A program made the position numbers and the translations under genes. Under the pieces are notes generated by a model. The model did no database searches. It worked only from the letters and a program-made list of their open reading frames with translations, and was not told where the DNA came from. DNA of 32,000 nucleotides from Candidatus Blochmanniella floridana (GTDB lineage Bacteria > Pseudomonadota > Gammaproteobacteria > Enterobacterales > Enterobacteriaceae), in the NCBI GenBank assembly GCA_000043285.1, contig BX248583.1, forward strand, positions 30,001 to 62,000, given 5' to 3'. Positions 17,176-26,188 of the stretch are shown one piece after another; within the stretch, counting starts at the first letter, position 1, and the number at the start of each line of letters is the position of its first letter.

Positions 17176-17880
17176 ATGGATAGCAATTTTTTGGTCTTCT
17201 ATTATGTGTTAATAATCATTATTATGATAATAATGAGTAATTTAGTAATTGGTTATTATGGTCATAGGGTTGGTCCTGAAATTAATGGTTGCATTAAGAC
17301 AGGTACTATATTGACTGTAATAGGATCTAATGGAGTAGGAAAATCTACTTTCCTGAAAACATTAGCAGGATTATTACCTCCAACTTCTGGAAAATTAGAA
17401 ATTGTATTTAATAATAAACCGAAAGTAATTAGTTATTTGCCTCAAATTAAGAATATAGATTGTTATTTTCCAATAACTGTATTTGATGTAGTGGCCATGG
17501 GATGTTGGCCAAGAGTTAGGTTTTTTAAAAAAATTAATAGTCAACAACGGCACTTAATTTTACAAGCTTTGGAAGAGGTTCAGTTATTAGATGTAATTAA
17601 TCAACGAATAGATAGTTTATCAGGAGGTCAATTGCAATGTATGTTATTCGCACGAGTATTGGTGCAACAAGCTTCATATGTATTATTAGATGAACCTTTT
17701 CAAGGTCTTGATAAGATGCATTGTAAAATATTAATTCGAGCTATTAATAAGTTATGTAAGAATGGTTGTACCATAGTCATAGTATTACATAATAGATTTA
17801 TTTCTGAATATTTTATACATAGAGATATTTTATTATTAACTCAACATTTTAGTGCTTGGAATACAAATAAAAATATATAA
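17176..17880 (+). CDS. znuC: ABC transporter ATP-binding protein of the metal (Zn/Mn, cluster-9) importer type, ZnuC-like
   Basis: Walker A GSNGVGKST, Q-loop SYLPQ, signature LSGGQLQC (canonical Arg replaced by Cys), Walker B VLLDEPFQGLD and an H-loop His. 17176 is the longest ORF. The hydrophobic first ~16-19 residues are probably not translated; in-frame ATGs at 17224 or 17233 (MSNLVIGYYG...) give the usual ~30 residues before Walker A. Zn assignment rests on the upstream Zur box. Confidence 0.8.
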   Translation: MDSNFLVFYYVLIIIIMIIMSNLVIGYYGHRVGPEINGCIKTGTILTVIGSNGVGKSTFLKTLAGLLPPTSGKLEIVFNNKPKVISYLPQIKNIDCYFPITVFDVVAMGCWPRVRFFKKINSQQRHLILQALEEVQLLDVINQRIDSLSGGQLQCMLFARVLVQQASYVLLDEPFQGLDKMHCKILIRAINKLCKNGCTIVIVLHNRFISEYFIHRDILLLTQHFSAWNTNKNI

Positions 17881-17929
17881 TATATTTTTTCGATTTTAGT
17901 TTTTAATACTGTGATTGATTGTTATTGAG

Positions 17930-18793
17930 ATGTATACGACTATACATTTGTTATTTGATCCTTTTATTAATTTTGGTTTTATGCGTCGTGCTATAGTAGC
18001 ATGTTGTGCTTTATCTATTAGTATTACTCTAATAGGTGGTTTTTTAATGTTAAGGAGAATGAGTTTAGTAGGAGATGCATTATCTCATGCTATATTACCA
18101 GGTGTGGTAATAGGGTATGTATTTTCAGGAGTATCATTAACGGTAATGAATGTAGGAGGTTTTATATCAGGTTTAATAGTTGCAATCTTATCAGTATGGG
18201 TCAGCGAAAAGACATCATTACAAAAAGATGCTAGTTTTTCAGGTTTTTGTTTAGGATTTTTAGCTTTTGGAGTGGTTTTGATGTCATTATATGGATCTGA
18301 TGTAGATTTATTAGGTTTATTATTTGGTTCTGTTTTTTCGATAAGTATTTTTAGTGTAAAATTTATTGGAGTAATTAGTACAATAACTTTAATTAGTTTA
18401 GCGTTTTTTTATAGAATTCTTATTTTTGAAGCATTTGATCCAGATTTTTTAAGAAGCAATGATTTTATATTGTTAAAAGTCATTCAAATATTTTTTTTAT
18501 TAATTGTTGTACTTAATTTAATGGCTAGTTTTCAAATAACTGGTACCTTAATGTCCATTGGATTAATGATGTTACCTAATTTAACTGCTCGTTGTTGGGT
18601 TCCGGGTTTAATAAATATGTTGTTGTTGTCTGTATGTATTGCACTATTATGTTCTTGGATAGGTTTACTTGGATCATTTTATATGTTTTTACCGGCTGGA
18701 CCCACTATAGTGTTATGTAATAGTATATTCTTTTTAGTTTCGATTTTGTTTGGAAAAAATCAAGGAGTCTTGTTTTCTGTTTGTCGTAAATAA
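17930..18793 (+). CDS. znuB: ABC-3 family metal importer permease, ZnuB-like
   Basis: Polytopic membrane protein with the ABC-3 hallmark RRMSLVGDALSHAILPGV and C-terminal PAGPTIVL. The track start at 17915 is a TTG; the first ATG is 17930. Confidence 0.8.
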   Translation: MYTTIHLLFDPFINFGFMRRAIVACCALSISITLIGGFLMLRRMSLVGDALSHAILPGVVIGYVFSGVSLTVMNVGGFISGLIVAILSVWVSEKTSLQKDASFSGFCLGFLAFGVVLMSLYGSDVDLLGLLFGSVFSISIFSVKFIGVISTITLISLAFFYRILIFEAFDPDFLRSNDFILLKVIQIFFLLIVVLNLMASFQITGTLMSIGLMMLPNLTARCWVPGLINMLLLSVCIALLCSWIGLLGSFYMFLPAGPTIVLCNSIFFLVSILFGKNQGVLFSVCRK

Positions 18794-19102
18794 TAGCAGC
18801 GTAGTGACATATAGATTAGATTGTATTGTAGTAAAAATTTTTATATGTGTATTAATAGATAATATGTTGTAGGCGTATAAATACTGTATGTATAACTGAC
18901 GTATAAATATAATTAACAATAAAAAATATTACTAATAAAATTGTAAAAATTATTAAATTATATTTATTAAGATAAATGATGTTATTCAATATATTAATAT
19001 TAAATTGTATTAATAAATTTATACGATCATTTATGGATATCAAGATAAATTTATTTTATATTTAAGTGGTATATTATTACAATAATTCATATTTTAAAAG
19101 GT

Positions 19103-19828
19103 TTAAAAAGAAATTACTTCTCCTAAGTATACTTGTTGTACATATGTATTATTTAAAATTTCTGCAGGAGAGCCGTGAGCAATTAATACACCTTGATTAA
19201 TTATGTATGCTCGTTCACATATGCTTAATGTAGCTTTTACATTATGATCAGTAATTAATATACCAATTTTGTAAGTTTGTAGTTGTTTAATAATGTTTTG
19301 AATGTCTTGGATAGAAATGGGGTCAACTCCGGAAAATGGTTCATCAAGTAATAGAAATTGAGGTTTTGCGATGAGTGCGCGTGCTATTTCTACTCTTTTT
19401 CGTTCTCCTCCAGATAAAGTATAACCAATATTATTTTTTAAGTAGCGAATATGAAATTGATCCATTAAATTTATTATATATTGATAGCGTTCCTTTTTAT
19501 TAATGTGTTTTTGTATTTGCGCAATAGACATAAGATTATCAAAAACAGTTAGATTTCTAAAAATGGAATTGTCTTGAGGTAAATATCCTATGCCCAATCG
19601 AGCTCTAGAATAAGTTGGTAATGTTTCAATATTGTTATTATTTAATATAATTTCTCCAGAATCATGAATAATGATTCCTAATATCATATAAAAAGTTGTG
19701 GTTTTACCAGAACCATTAGGACCTAATAAACCTATAATTTCTCCTGAGTTTATATGTAAATCAATATTATTGACTATGTATTTTTTTTTATAAGTTTTAG
19801 ATAGTTTTTGTATAGTAAGAGTATTCAT
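19103..19828 (-). CDS. lptB: LPS export ABC transporter ATPase LptB
   Basis: 241 aa. GLLGPNGSGKTTTFYM, GIGYLPQ, LSGGERKRVEIARAL, LLLDEPFSGVDPIS, ITDHNV and ERAYII..G.LIAHG.P.EIL match E. coli LptB throughout. Confidence 0.96.
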   Translation of the reverse strand: MNTLTIQKLSKTYKKKYIVNNIDLHINSGEIIGLLGPNGSGKTTTFYMILGIIIHDSGEIILNNNNIETLPTYSRARLGIGYLPQDNSIFRNLTVFDNLMSIAQIQKHINKKERYQYIINLMDQFHIRYLKNNIGYTLSGGERKRVEIARALIAKPQFLLLDEPFSGVDPISIQDIQNIIKQLQTYKIGILITDHNVKATLSICERAYIINQGVLIAHGSPAEILNNTYVQQVYLGEVISF

Positions 19829-19840
19829 GTGATATATAAT

Positions 19841-20347
19841 TTAAGAAGTTGGATATATGGATAAAATCGTGGTGGTTTGATTATTTTGGTTAGAAATAGC
19901 TTGGATTTTTTTTTGGTTTATAGAATATATAATATTATCGCTGTAGATAGAATTTCCTAAGTATTTTATATGGGCATTTCCGGAGAATGTTATTATGTTG
20001 TCAATGCTATCAAAAAATATAACTTCTGCACTAGCAGAAGTTATATTTTTTGATGTTTGAATATAATGGATAGTAGCAGGATGCCCATATGCTGTAAGTA
20101 TGGATGATTTATATTTTTTTTGATTATGGGTAATTATTACTTTATCAGCATATAATTTTATATTTTTATATTTACAGATTACATTATCTGTAAAATGAAT
20201 AACATTAGTCAATTTATTGATGGATTGATATTCAGAATGAATCTCTATTATTGGAGAGTTTGCATAAGTAAAGTTTTTTAAAAATATAAGTATATTTATT
20301 AAGATATATATGATGATATATAATTTATTACATATTCTGAATTTCAT
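19841..20347 (-). CDS. lptA: Periplasmic LPS transport protein LptA
   Basis: Start chosen at the ATG giving MKFRICNKL (E. coli LptA starts MKFKTNKLS); the ORF extends to 20368. The OstA-like repeats (I.I.SD.Q..., F.GNV, A.KV..T, GNA.L) are collinear with E. coli LptA. Confidence 0.88.
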   Translation of the reverse strand: MKFRICNKLYIIIYILINILIFLKNFTYANSPIIEIHSEYQSINKLTNVIHFTDNVICKYKNIKLYADKVIITHNQKKYKSSILTAYGHPATIHYIQTSKNITSASAEVIFFDSIDNIITFSGNAHIKYLGNSIYSDNIIYSINQKKIQAISNQNNQTTTILSIYPTS

Positions 20348-20936
20348 ATTGAGTATATATTTTTCCAAAAAGTGTGGTTGTTTGTGTATGTAAGTTAATA
20401 TTCATGCATGATCCAATAGAATAAAAATAATGTCCATGTATGATTGTCTTATTATTTGAAATTATACTTTGATTGTTTAGATCAATTAATAATTGATTGG
20501 TAATAATAGATTGAGTGCATATTTTTTTTACTATTTGATTGATAAAAACTTGTCCATGTAGATTTAATGTTTTTTTCTGATGGTATAGTTGAGCTTGATT
20601 ACATGTGATATACCAAATTGCAATATTTTTGTTATTAAAAATAGTAATACTCGGATGTGTAAACGAAATAGTTTTTTGATTGGGGTGGTATTGAACGTTA
20701 TTTGCTATTAAGTTAAGTGTAAGATTTTTTTCAATTATATTATACATATTGGTAATTACTTCTTTACCTTGATGAGTATATATTTCATTATCCAATAATG
20801 AAATATAGGGGTGCATAGTTGAATGTGTTGTATGTATGTGAAAATAATATATTAATATAAACAATACCATATATTTCTGATTCTTATTGTGATTGATTAT
20901 TGTATTGGGAAGAGTTAACAATACAATAAATATCAT
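20328..20936 (-). CDS. lptC: LPS export protein LptC
   Basis: 202 aa with an N-terminal TM segment. The C-terminal ...YEIQN is shared with E. coli LptC, and the lptC-lptA-lptB order is conserved. It overlaps lptA by 20 nt using the lptA start above. The start could be the internal Met (MVLFIL...). Confidence 0.82.
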   Translation of the reverse strand: MIFIVLLTLPNTIINHNKNQKYMVLFILIYYFHIHTTHSTMHPYISLLDNEIYTHQGKEVITNMYNIIEKNLTLNLIANNVQYHPNQKTISFTHPSITIFNNKNIAIWYITCNQAQLYHQKKTLNLHGQVFINQIVKKICTQSIITNQLLIDLNNQSIISNNKTIIHGHYFYSIGSCMNINLHTQTTTLFGKIYTQYEIQNM

Positions 20937-21109
20937 TTATCGTATTGTTAAAATTAAATAATTTAAATGAAATAAGTATTTATTTTATGATATAATATAG
21001 TTTTATGTATTATTTATCAATAGAATTATTACAGTATTAATAAATTAAATTTATATATACTGTTATACAGAGATTAAGTTAGAAATGAGTGTTATTTTTA
21101 TATTTTAAG

Positions 21110-21376
21110 ATGGATAATGATATGTATGCGGATGAAATAAAGAAAATTTTATCTAAAAATCTTTCTTTGCAGGAGATATATGTTTTTGTTGATCAAGATC
21201 ATTATAAAATAATTGTTGTTGATCAAATATTTGTAGATAAAAGTAAATTAGAGCAACATAAAATGGTATATGCCCCTATTACTAAATATATTGTGGACAA
21301 TAAAATCCATTCTATATCTATTTATTCATTTAATCCTCAGGAGTGGAAAATTTGTCGTAAGTATTATATAAAATAA
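21110..21376 (+). CDS. ibaG: BolA-family protein IbaG (YrbA)
   Basis: LSLQEIYV..D..HYKIIVV...F...S.L..HKMVYAP...YI.DN.IHSISIYSF.P.EW parallels E. coli IbaG. It lies immediately upstream of murA, as in E. coli. The track ORF starts at a GTG at 21089; the ATG at 21110 fits the family length better. Confidence 0.88.
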   Translation: MDNDMYADEIKKILSKNLSLQEIYVFVDQDHYKIIVVDQIFVDKSKLEQHKMVYAPITKYIVDNKIHSISIYSFNPQEWKICRKYYIK

Positions 21377-21430
21377 TATGTTTCTTAGTTAATGTTATAA
21401 AATATAAATAATTTTTTAAAAAAATTGAGA

Positions 21431-22693
21431 ATGGATAGATTTCATATTCAGGGTCCTACTACTTTAAAAGGTGAAGTAGTAATATCAGGAGCTAAAAATT
21501 CTGCACTTCCTATTTTGTTTGCTACATTATTAACTTCGGAGCCTGTAGAAATTTATAATGTGCCTAAATTAAAAGATATTGATACTGCGATTAAATTATT
21601 AAATCAACTTGGAGCACAGGTAGAACATCAAAATATTATAGTGTTTTCTGATACTAGTAAGGTACATGCATGTTGCGCCCCCTATGATTTAGTTAAGTCT
21701 ATTCGAGCTTCTATATGGATATTAGGGCCTTTGGTGGCGAGGTTTGGTTATGGTAAAGTTTGGTTTCCGGGAGGATGTTCTATTGGAAAAAGATTAGTGG
21801 ATTTGCATATTAAAGGCTTAAAAAAATTAGGAGCAAAAATTATATTAGGTGAGGAATATGTTATAGCTTCTGTTAATGGACGATTACAAGGAGCTCATAT
21901 TGTCATGGACAAAATTAGTGTGGGGGCTACTGTAACTATTATGAGTGCTGCTACATTAGCTAGGGGAATTACGATTATTGATAATGCTGCGCGTGAACCA
22001 GAAGTTATTGATACTGCTAATTTTTTAATTATGTTAGGCACTAATATTATTGGAGCAGGAAGTAATAGAATTATTATTGAAGGTACTCAAAAATTAAAAG
22101 GAGGTAGATATTGTATTATTCCTGATCGTATTGAGACTGGTACATTTTTAGTAGCAGCAGCCATTTCTAGATCGCATGTTATTTGTTTAAGATCTAATCC
22201 AAATATTTTAAAATGTGTTTTAAGAAAATTAAGAGAATCTGGAGCAGATATTAATACCGGAAAAGATTGGATAAGTTTGAATATGCATGGTAGAAGACCA
22301 AAAGCTATCAAAATATGTACGAAACCGTATCCTGGATTTCCTACTGATATGCAAGCTCAATTTACTTTATTGAATGTAGTTGCAATAGGGGTTGGTAAAG
22401 TGATTGAAACAATATTTGAAAATCGTTTTATGCATGTTCCAGAATTAATTAGGATGGGGGCGCGAGTACAGATATTAAATAATACTATTATATGTCATGG
22501 AGTGGATACATTGATAGGGACTCGAGTGGTGTCAACGGATTTAAGAGCATCTGTAAGTTTAGTGTTAGCTGGATGTATTGCAGAAGGTTTAACTATAATT
22601 GATCAGGTGAATCATGTTGATCGGGGGTATGATAATATTGAAAGAAAATTACAAAATATGGGAGCCCATATTCAAAGAATTACAGACAAATAA
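21431..22693 (+). CDS. murA: UDP-N-acetylglucosamine 1-carboxyvinyltransferase
   Basis: [31 protein letters not shown] matches E. coli [31 protein letters not shown]. The active-site loop [14 protein letters not shown] (Cys115 equivalent) and [13 protein letters not shown] are present. The track start at 21425 is a TTG two codons upstream. Confidence 0.97.
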   Translation: MDRFHIQGPTTLKGEVVISGAKNSALPILFATLLTSEPVEIYNVPKLKDIDTAIKLLNQLGAQVEHQNIIVFSDTSKVHACCAPYDLVKSIRASIWILGPLVARFGYGKVWFPGGCSIGKRLVDLHIKGLKKLGAKIILGEEYVIASVNGRLQGAHIVMDKISVGATVTIMSAATLARGITIIDNAAREPEVIDTANFLIMLGTNIIGAGSNRIIIEGTQKLKGGRYCIIPDRIETGTFLVAAAISRSHVICLRSNPNILKCVLRKLRESGADINTGKDWISLNMHGRRPKAIKICTKPYPGFPTDMQAQFTLLNVVAIGVGKVIETIFENRFMHVPELIRMGARVQILNNTIICHGVDTLIGTRVVSTDLRASVSLVLAGCIAEGLTIIDQVNHVDRGYDNIERKLQNMGAHIQRITDK

Positions 22694-22749
22694 TTATATT
22701 ACTAATTATTAGTGTATATAATTATTTGTCTGTAATTCTTTGAATATGG
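22666..22749. terminator. 84-nt hairpin region: 34-bp perfect inverted repeat whose left arm is the last 9 codons plus stop of murA; candidate bidirectional terminator for murA and degQ
   Basis: 22666-22699 (CCATATTCAAAGAATTACAGACAAATAATTATAT) is the exact reverse complement of 22716-22749. The 16-nt spacer itself contains ACTAAT/ATTAGT. It lies between convergent murA (stop 22693) and degQ (stop 22798). Function is inferred from position. Confidence 0.5.
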
Positions 22750-22797
22750 TATTATTTAAATATAAAATAAATTATATATTACCGTATTAAATATTGT

Positions 22798-24183
22798 TTA
22801 ACGTAGCAATATAAAAATATTAGTACCTCCTCGTATAATATTGAGAGCCATAACTGTTGGATTTTCTTTGAGTATTTTTCGTAGTTGCGATAGGTTACTT
22901 ATTCTGGTACGGTTTAAACCTATGATCATATCTCCTTTTTGTAATCCTATAGAAGCAGCAGGAGAATCTTTGTTTATTTCTTCTACTTGTACTCCTGGTG
23001 TGCCATCTTTTAGATAATTGTTACTTAATGTTGCACCTTGTAGTGCCGGGATTAAATTTTCTTCGCTGGTACTAACACAAGTGCTATCATCTAGTAGAAC
23101 GGAAACTATATGTGTTTTTCCATCTCTTAATAAACCTATCTTGATGATTTTACCTGGGGCAGTGGTGCCAACTTTTACTCGTAATTCAGCAAAGTTTTTT
23201 ATTGGTTTTCCTTCTACAGATATAATAACATCTCCAGCTTTAATTCGAGCTTTTGCAGCTGCAGATCCTGGTAAAACTTCACTGACAAATGCACCTCGTT
23301 GTATATCAATGTTAAATGCTTTGGCAATATCAGCAGTTAATTCTGTACCTTTTATACCTAATTGTCCTCTTTTTACTTCACCAAAATCGATTAATTGTTG
23401 ACTTAGATTTTTAACGATATTGCTAGGAATGGCAAACCCAATTCCAATATTACCTCCTCCTGGAGCTAAAATGGCAGTATTTATTCCGATTAGTTCTCCA
23501 TTTAAATTGACTAATGCTCCCCCTGAATTACCTCGATTTATTGATGCGTCAGTTTGTATAAAATTTTCTAATCCTTCAAGATTTAATCCGCTCCTTCCTA
23601 AAGCTGAAATGATACCTGATGTTGCAGTTTGGCCCAATCCAAATGGATTACCTATAGCGACGGCAAAATCTCCAACTTTTAAGGTATCGGAATCTGCAAT
23701 TTTAATTTCAGAAAGATTTTTAAATTTTAATATTTGAAGTAAAGCTAAATCAGTTTGTTCATCATGACCAATAATTTTAGCATTATATTCGCGACCATCA
23801 TTTAGTTGTATGGTGATTTTATCTGCCCCATGAACAACATGATTATTGGTAATAATATATCCTTTATTGGAATTGATAATAACTCCAGATCCTAAACCTT
23901 CAAATGGTCTATTGCCAAAATTTCCATTGGGAAGGTCTGGTCCAAAAAAATATCTAAATTCTTTAGGTAAAGTAAGTCTTTTGGAAGGTTGTGTTCCCTC
24001 TACGTGTATACTCACTACTGTTGGTAGAACGTTATCTAGCATTGGCGCTAAACTGGTAGGCATTGATAAATATGGAGTTTCTGATCCTAATGCAGTATAA
24101 TAATTATTAGAAGTTTGTAGGTTATTTATGCATATTAATGCAAATATTATGCTGATTGTAATAATTGGATTTACTATTTTCAT
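22798..24183 (-). CDS. degQ: Periplasmic serine endoprotease DegQ (HtrA family, two PDZ domains)
   Basis: 461 aa with a signal peptide. Catalytic-triad context TNNHVV / D.ALLQI / TDASINRGNSGGALVNLNGELIGINTAI. Nearly collinear with E. coli DegQ, from LAPMLDNVLPTVVSIHVEG to the C-terminal IIRGGTNIFILLR. It lacks the DegP Q-linker. Confidence 0.9.
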   Translation of the reverse strand: MKIVNPIITISIIFALICINNLQTSNNYYTALGSETPYLSMPTSLAPMLDNVLPTVVSIHVEGTQPSKRLTLPKEFRYFFGPDLPNGNFGNRPFEGLGSGVIINSNKGYIITNNHVVHGADKITIQLNDGREYNAKIIGHDEQTDLALLQILKFKNLSEIKIADSDTLKVGDFAVAIGNPFGLGQTATSGIISALGRSGLNLEGLENFIQTDASINRGNSGGALVNLNGELIGINTAILAPGGGNIGIGFAIPSNIVKNLSQQLIDFGEVKRGQLGIKGTELTADIAKAFNIDIQRGAFVSEVLPGSAAAKARIKAGDVIISVEGKPIKNFAELRVKVGTTAPGKIIKIGLLRDGKTHIVSVLLDDSTCVSTSEENLIPALQGATLSNNYLKDGTPGVQVEEINKDSPAASIGLQKGDMIIGLNRTRISNLSQLRKILKENPTVMALNIIRGGTNIFILLR

Positions 24184-24392
24184 AAATGATTGGTTCGTTA
24201 GTTGTGTTTTAATTAAGAATTGCTGGTACTTTATATAGTATCAATGAAAAATTCATTGGTATTTATAATACTAACATGTGTATTAGTATTTACATTAAGT
24301 ACATGATGATCTTACTTTTTTTGTTGAAATCTGAAAATTTATCTATGTAATAAATAGTGTAAAATTTATTAAAAGTTTGATTTAATCGTAAA

Positions 24393-24803
24393 TTATTTAT
24401 AATTGTCCTTTTTAAGTATATTGTGTTCAGGATTATCAGAGTAATCTTTTGGAGTTTCAATAGGTAACGGTTCTGTATGGTTATTTTGTGTATTGTTTAT
24501 ATGATGAGTGTAGTAGGTATCATGTTGAGTATATGTGTTTGGTAAAAAGAAATTAGCATTTTTGGTAATGTTTTGGTATAAGTCCTGATAATTTTTCGAT
24601 ATTTTGTTTAAAATTTCTATATTATAAGAAAAATGAGTGCTTAGTTTTTTTTGATATTCATTAAGTTTGGTTTTGTTATGTTGTAATTCATTATATAAAT
24701 TTTTTTGATTATTTAATAGATTTCGATTTTTATAGTACATTCCAGTAATTCCTATAATAATTCCCATTAATAAACTGATAAATATTGTAATGATGTAGAT
24801 CAT
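24393..24803 (-). CDS. yhcB: Inner-membrane protein YhcB (ZapG, DUF1043)
   Basis: 136 aa. An N-terminal TM (IITIFISLLMGIIIGITGMYY) is followed by a coiled coil. L.NE..HNKTKLNEYQKKL.THF......L......YQDLYQ...K parallels E. coli YhcB, as does PKDYS near the C-terminus (E. coli PRDYS). Confidence 0.87.
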   Translation of the reverse strand: MIYIITIFISLLMGIIIGITGMYYKNRNLLNNQKNLYNELQHNKTKLNEYQKKLSTHFSYNIEILNKISKNYQDLYQNITKNANFFLPNTYTQHDTYYTHHINNTQNNHTEPLPIETPKDYSDNPEHNILKKDNYK

Positions 24804-25305
24804 ACTACATACCTCTTATTTTTGATGGAGTGATATTTGTTTATTATATTGAATGATAATTGATTATAATTATTAATTAAATAGTTGATATTTTTCATTA
24901 TTATGTTAATGATATAAGGATTCAGTCTACTAAATTGTACTTAATATGAAATAATAAATTTAATATTAAAATTAATAGTATTATAGTAAAATTTCATATA
25001 ATTAGTTTATATGGATAAATATTTATATTAACATAAATAGTAATATTAAATTTTTAAATGGATAATTAAATATTTATTAAACATTATATAATATATATAT
25101 GATTTGAGAAACTAAATTTGTTTTGAGTGTATATTTTAGTAAAATAATGTATACTAAAATGCGCTATAGTTATTTATTTGAGTGTAGTTTAGATAGTATT
25201 GAATGTGAGTTTAGATGATATTATATATAATGGAATTTATGTTATAATTGTATGTTAGTATGAATGTTTATTTTAAGTTAAATATTTAATAATGATAAGG
25301 TTTGT

Positions 25306-25725
25306 ATGAGTCGATTAAGAATAATAAAAAGATTATGGTATATTGTAGATGCTAAAAATAAAGTTCTTGGTCGATTATCTAGTAATATTGCCAAGTATTT
25401 AATTGGAAAACATAAAGTAGAATATGCTCCTTATGTTGATGTAGGAGATTATATTATTGTGATTAACTCAAAAGATGTCTGTGTAACTGGACGTAAATAT
25501 AAAGATAAAATTTATTATAGACATACGGGTTATGTTGGTGGGATTAAAAAATTGACATTTAAACAGATGATTATGTCTTATCCTAATAAAGTGATTGAAT
25601 CCTCAGTTAGAGGAATGTTGCCTAAAAATTCATTAGGTCGTATGATGTTTAAACGATTGAAAGTATATTCAGGATCTATTCATAGTCATAATGCGCAGTC
25701 TCCTAAAGTTTTAGAATATTTATGA
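25306..25725 (+). CDS. rplM: 50S ribosomal protein L13
   Basis: 139 aa. [36 protein letters not shown].....VTG.K..DK.YY.HTGY.GGIK and [17 protein letters not shown] match E. coli L13. Confidence 0.97.
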   Translation: MSRLRIIKRLWYIVDAKNKVLGRLSSNIAKYLIGKHKVEYAPYVDVGDYIIVINSKDVCVTGRKYKDKIYYRHTGYVGGIKKLTFKQMIMSYPNKVIESSVRGMLPKNSLGRMMFKRLKVYSGSIHSHNAQSPKVLEYL

Positions 25726-25795
25726 TTGTATATAACTGATATACAATAAATGCAAATAGTGTGAAATCGTAAGGTATGGATGTATTATATAAAAT

Positions 25796-26188
25796 ATGAT
25801 AAGAAACCAATATTATGGAACTGGTAGAAGAAAAAGTGCTTCTGCTAGAGTGTTTTTGAGATTTGGAAATGGAGATATTGTTATTAATAATCTATCATTA
25901 GATAAATATTTTCCAAAAGATAATTTTCAGATAATTATAAAAAAACCGTTAGAGGTAACTAATGTATTAAATATATTAGATGCATATATTACTGTGATAG
26001 GGGGTGGTGTATCTGGTCAGGCGGGAGCTATATCTCATGGAATAACTAGAGCCTTGTTGCAGTATAATGCTGAATTTAAAAGTGTATTACGGGCGACTGG
26101 ATTAATGACAAGAGATTCCAGAATGGTGGAAAGAAAAAAGGTTGGGTTACGCAAGGCTCGCAGAAGTCCTCAGTTTTCTAAACGATAA
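25796..26188 (+). CDS. rpsI: 30S ribosomal protein S9
   Basis: 130 aa. [17 protein letters not shown] and GGG.SGQAGAI.HGITRAL..Y are present. The C-terminus [26 protein letters not shown] is almost identical to E. coli S9. Confidence 0.97.
   Translation: MIRNQYYGTGRRKSASARVFLRFGNGDIVINNLSLDKYFPKDNFQIIIKKPLEVTNVLNILDAYITVIGGGVSGQAGAISHGITRALLQYNAEFKSVLRATGLMTRDSRMVERKKVGLRKARRSPQFSKR

Noticed and set aside
17176-17232. Hydrophobic N-terminal extension (MDSNFLVFYYVLIIIIMIIM) of the znuC ORF, which could suggest a membrane-anchored ATPase.
   Set aside because: ABC importer ATPases are soluble and have about 30 residues before Walker A. In-frame ATGs at 17224 and 17233 give exactly that. The extension is probably just open T-rich spacer.
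18734-19043. Two minus-strand ORFs (61 and 63 aa) in the znuB-lptB spacer.
   Set aside because: The translations are I/N/L/Y-rich and typical of random AT-rich sequence. One overlaps the znuB 3' end. I can see no similarity to RpoN or other expected neighbours. I treat them as non-coding or possible gene debris.
23018-24100. Three long + strand ORFs (127, 105 and 84 aa), all in one frame, antisense to degQ. Similar antisense ORFs lie opposite pepA (12199-12582), rpoD (29908-30138, 30547-30741), yjcE (3137-3346, 3719-3907), murA (22087-22311), rsmI (27701-28027), lptG (14735-14962), gltP (6241-6429) and ridA/argI (6833-7105).
   Set aside because: These are shadow ORFs opposite strongly supported, conserved genes. 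Their translations are low-complexity (P/S/I/N-rich), have no recognisable motifs or ribosome-binding sites, and occur where the sense gene is relatively GC-rich and so has few antisense stops.
24359-24373. CpxR-box-like GTAAA-ATTTA-TTAAA upstream of degQ.
   Set aside because: The second half-site is imperfect, and such A/T pentamers are abundant in this composition. DegQ, unlike DegP, is not a known Cpx target, and the presence of cpxR is unknown.
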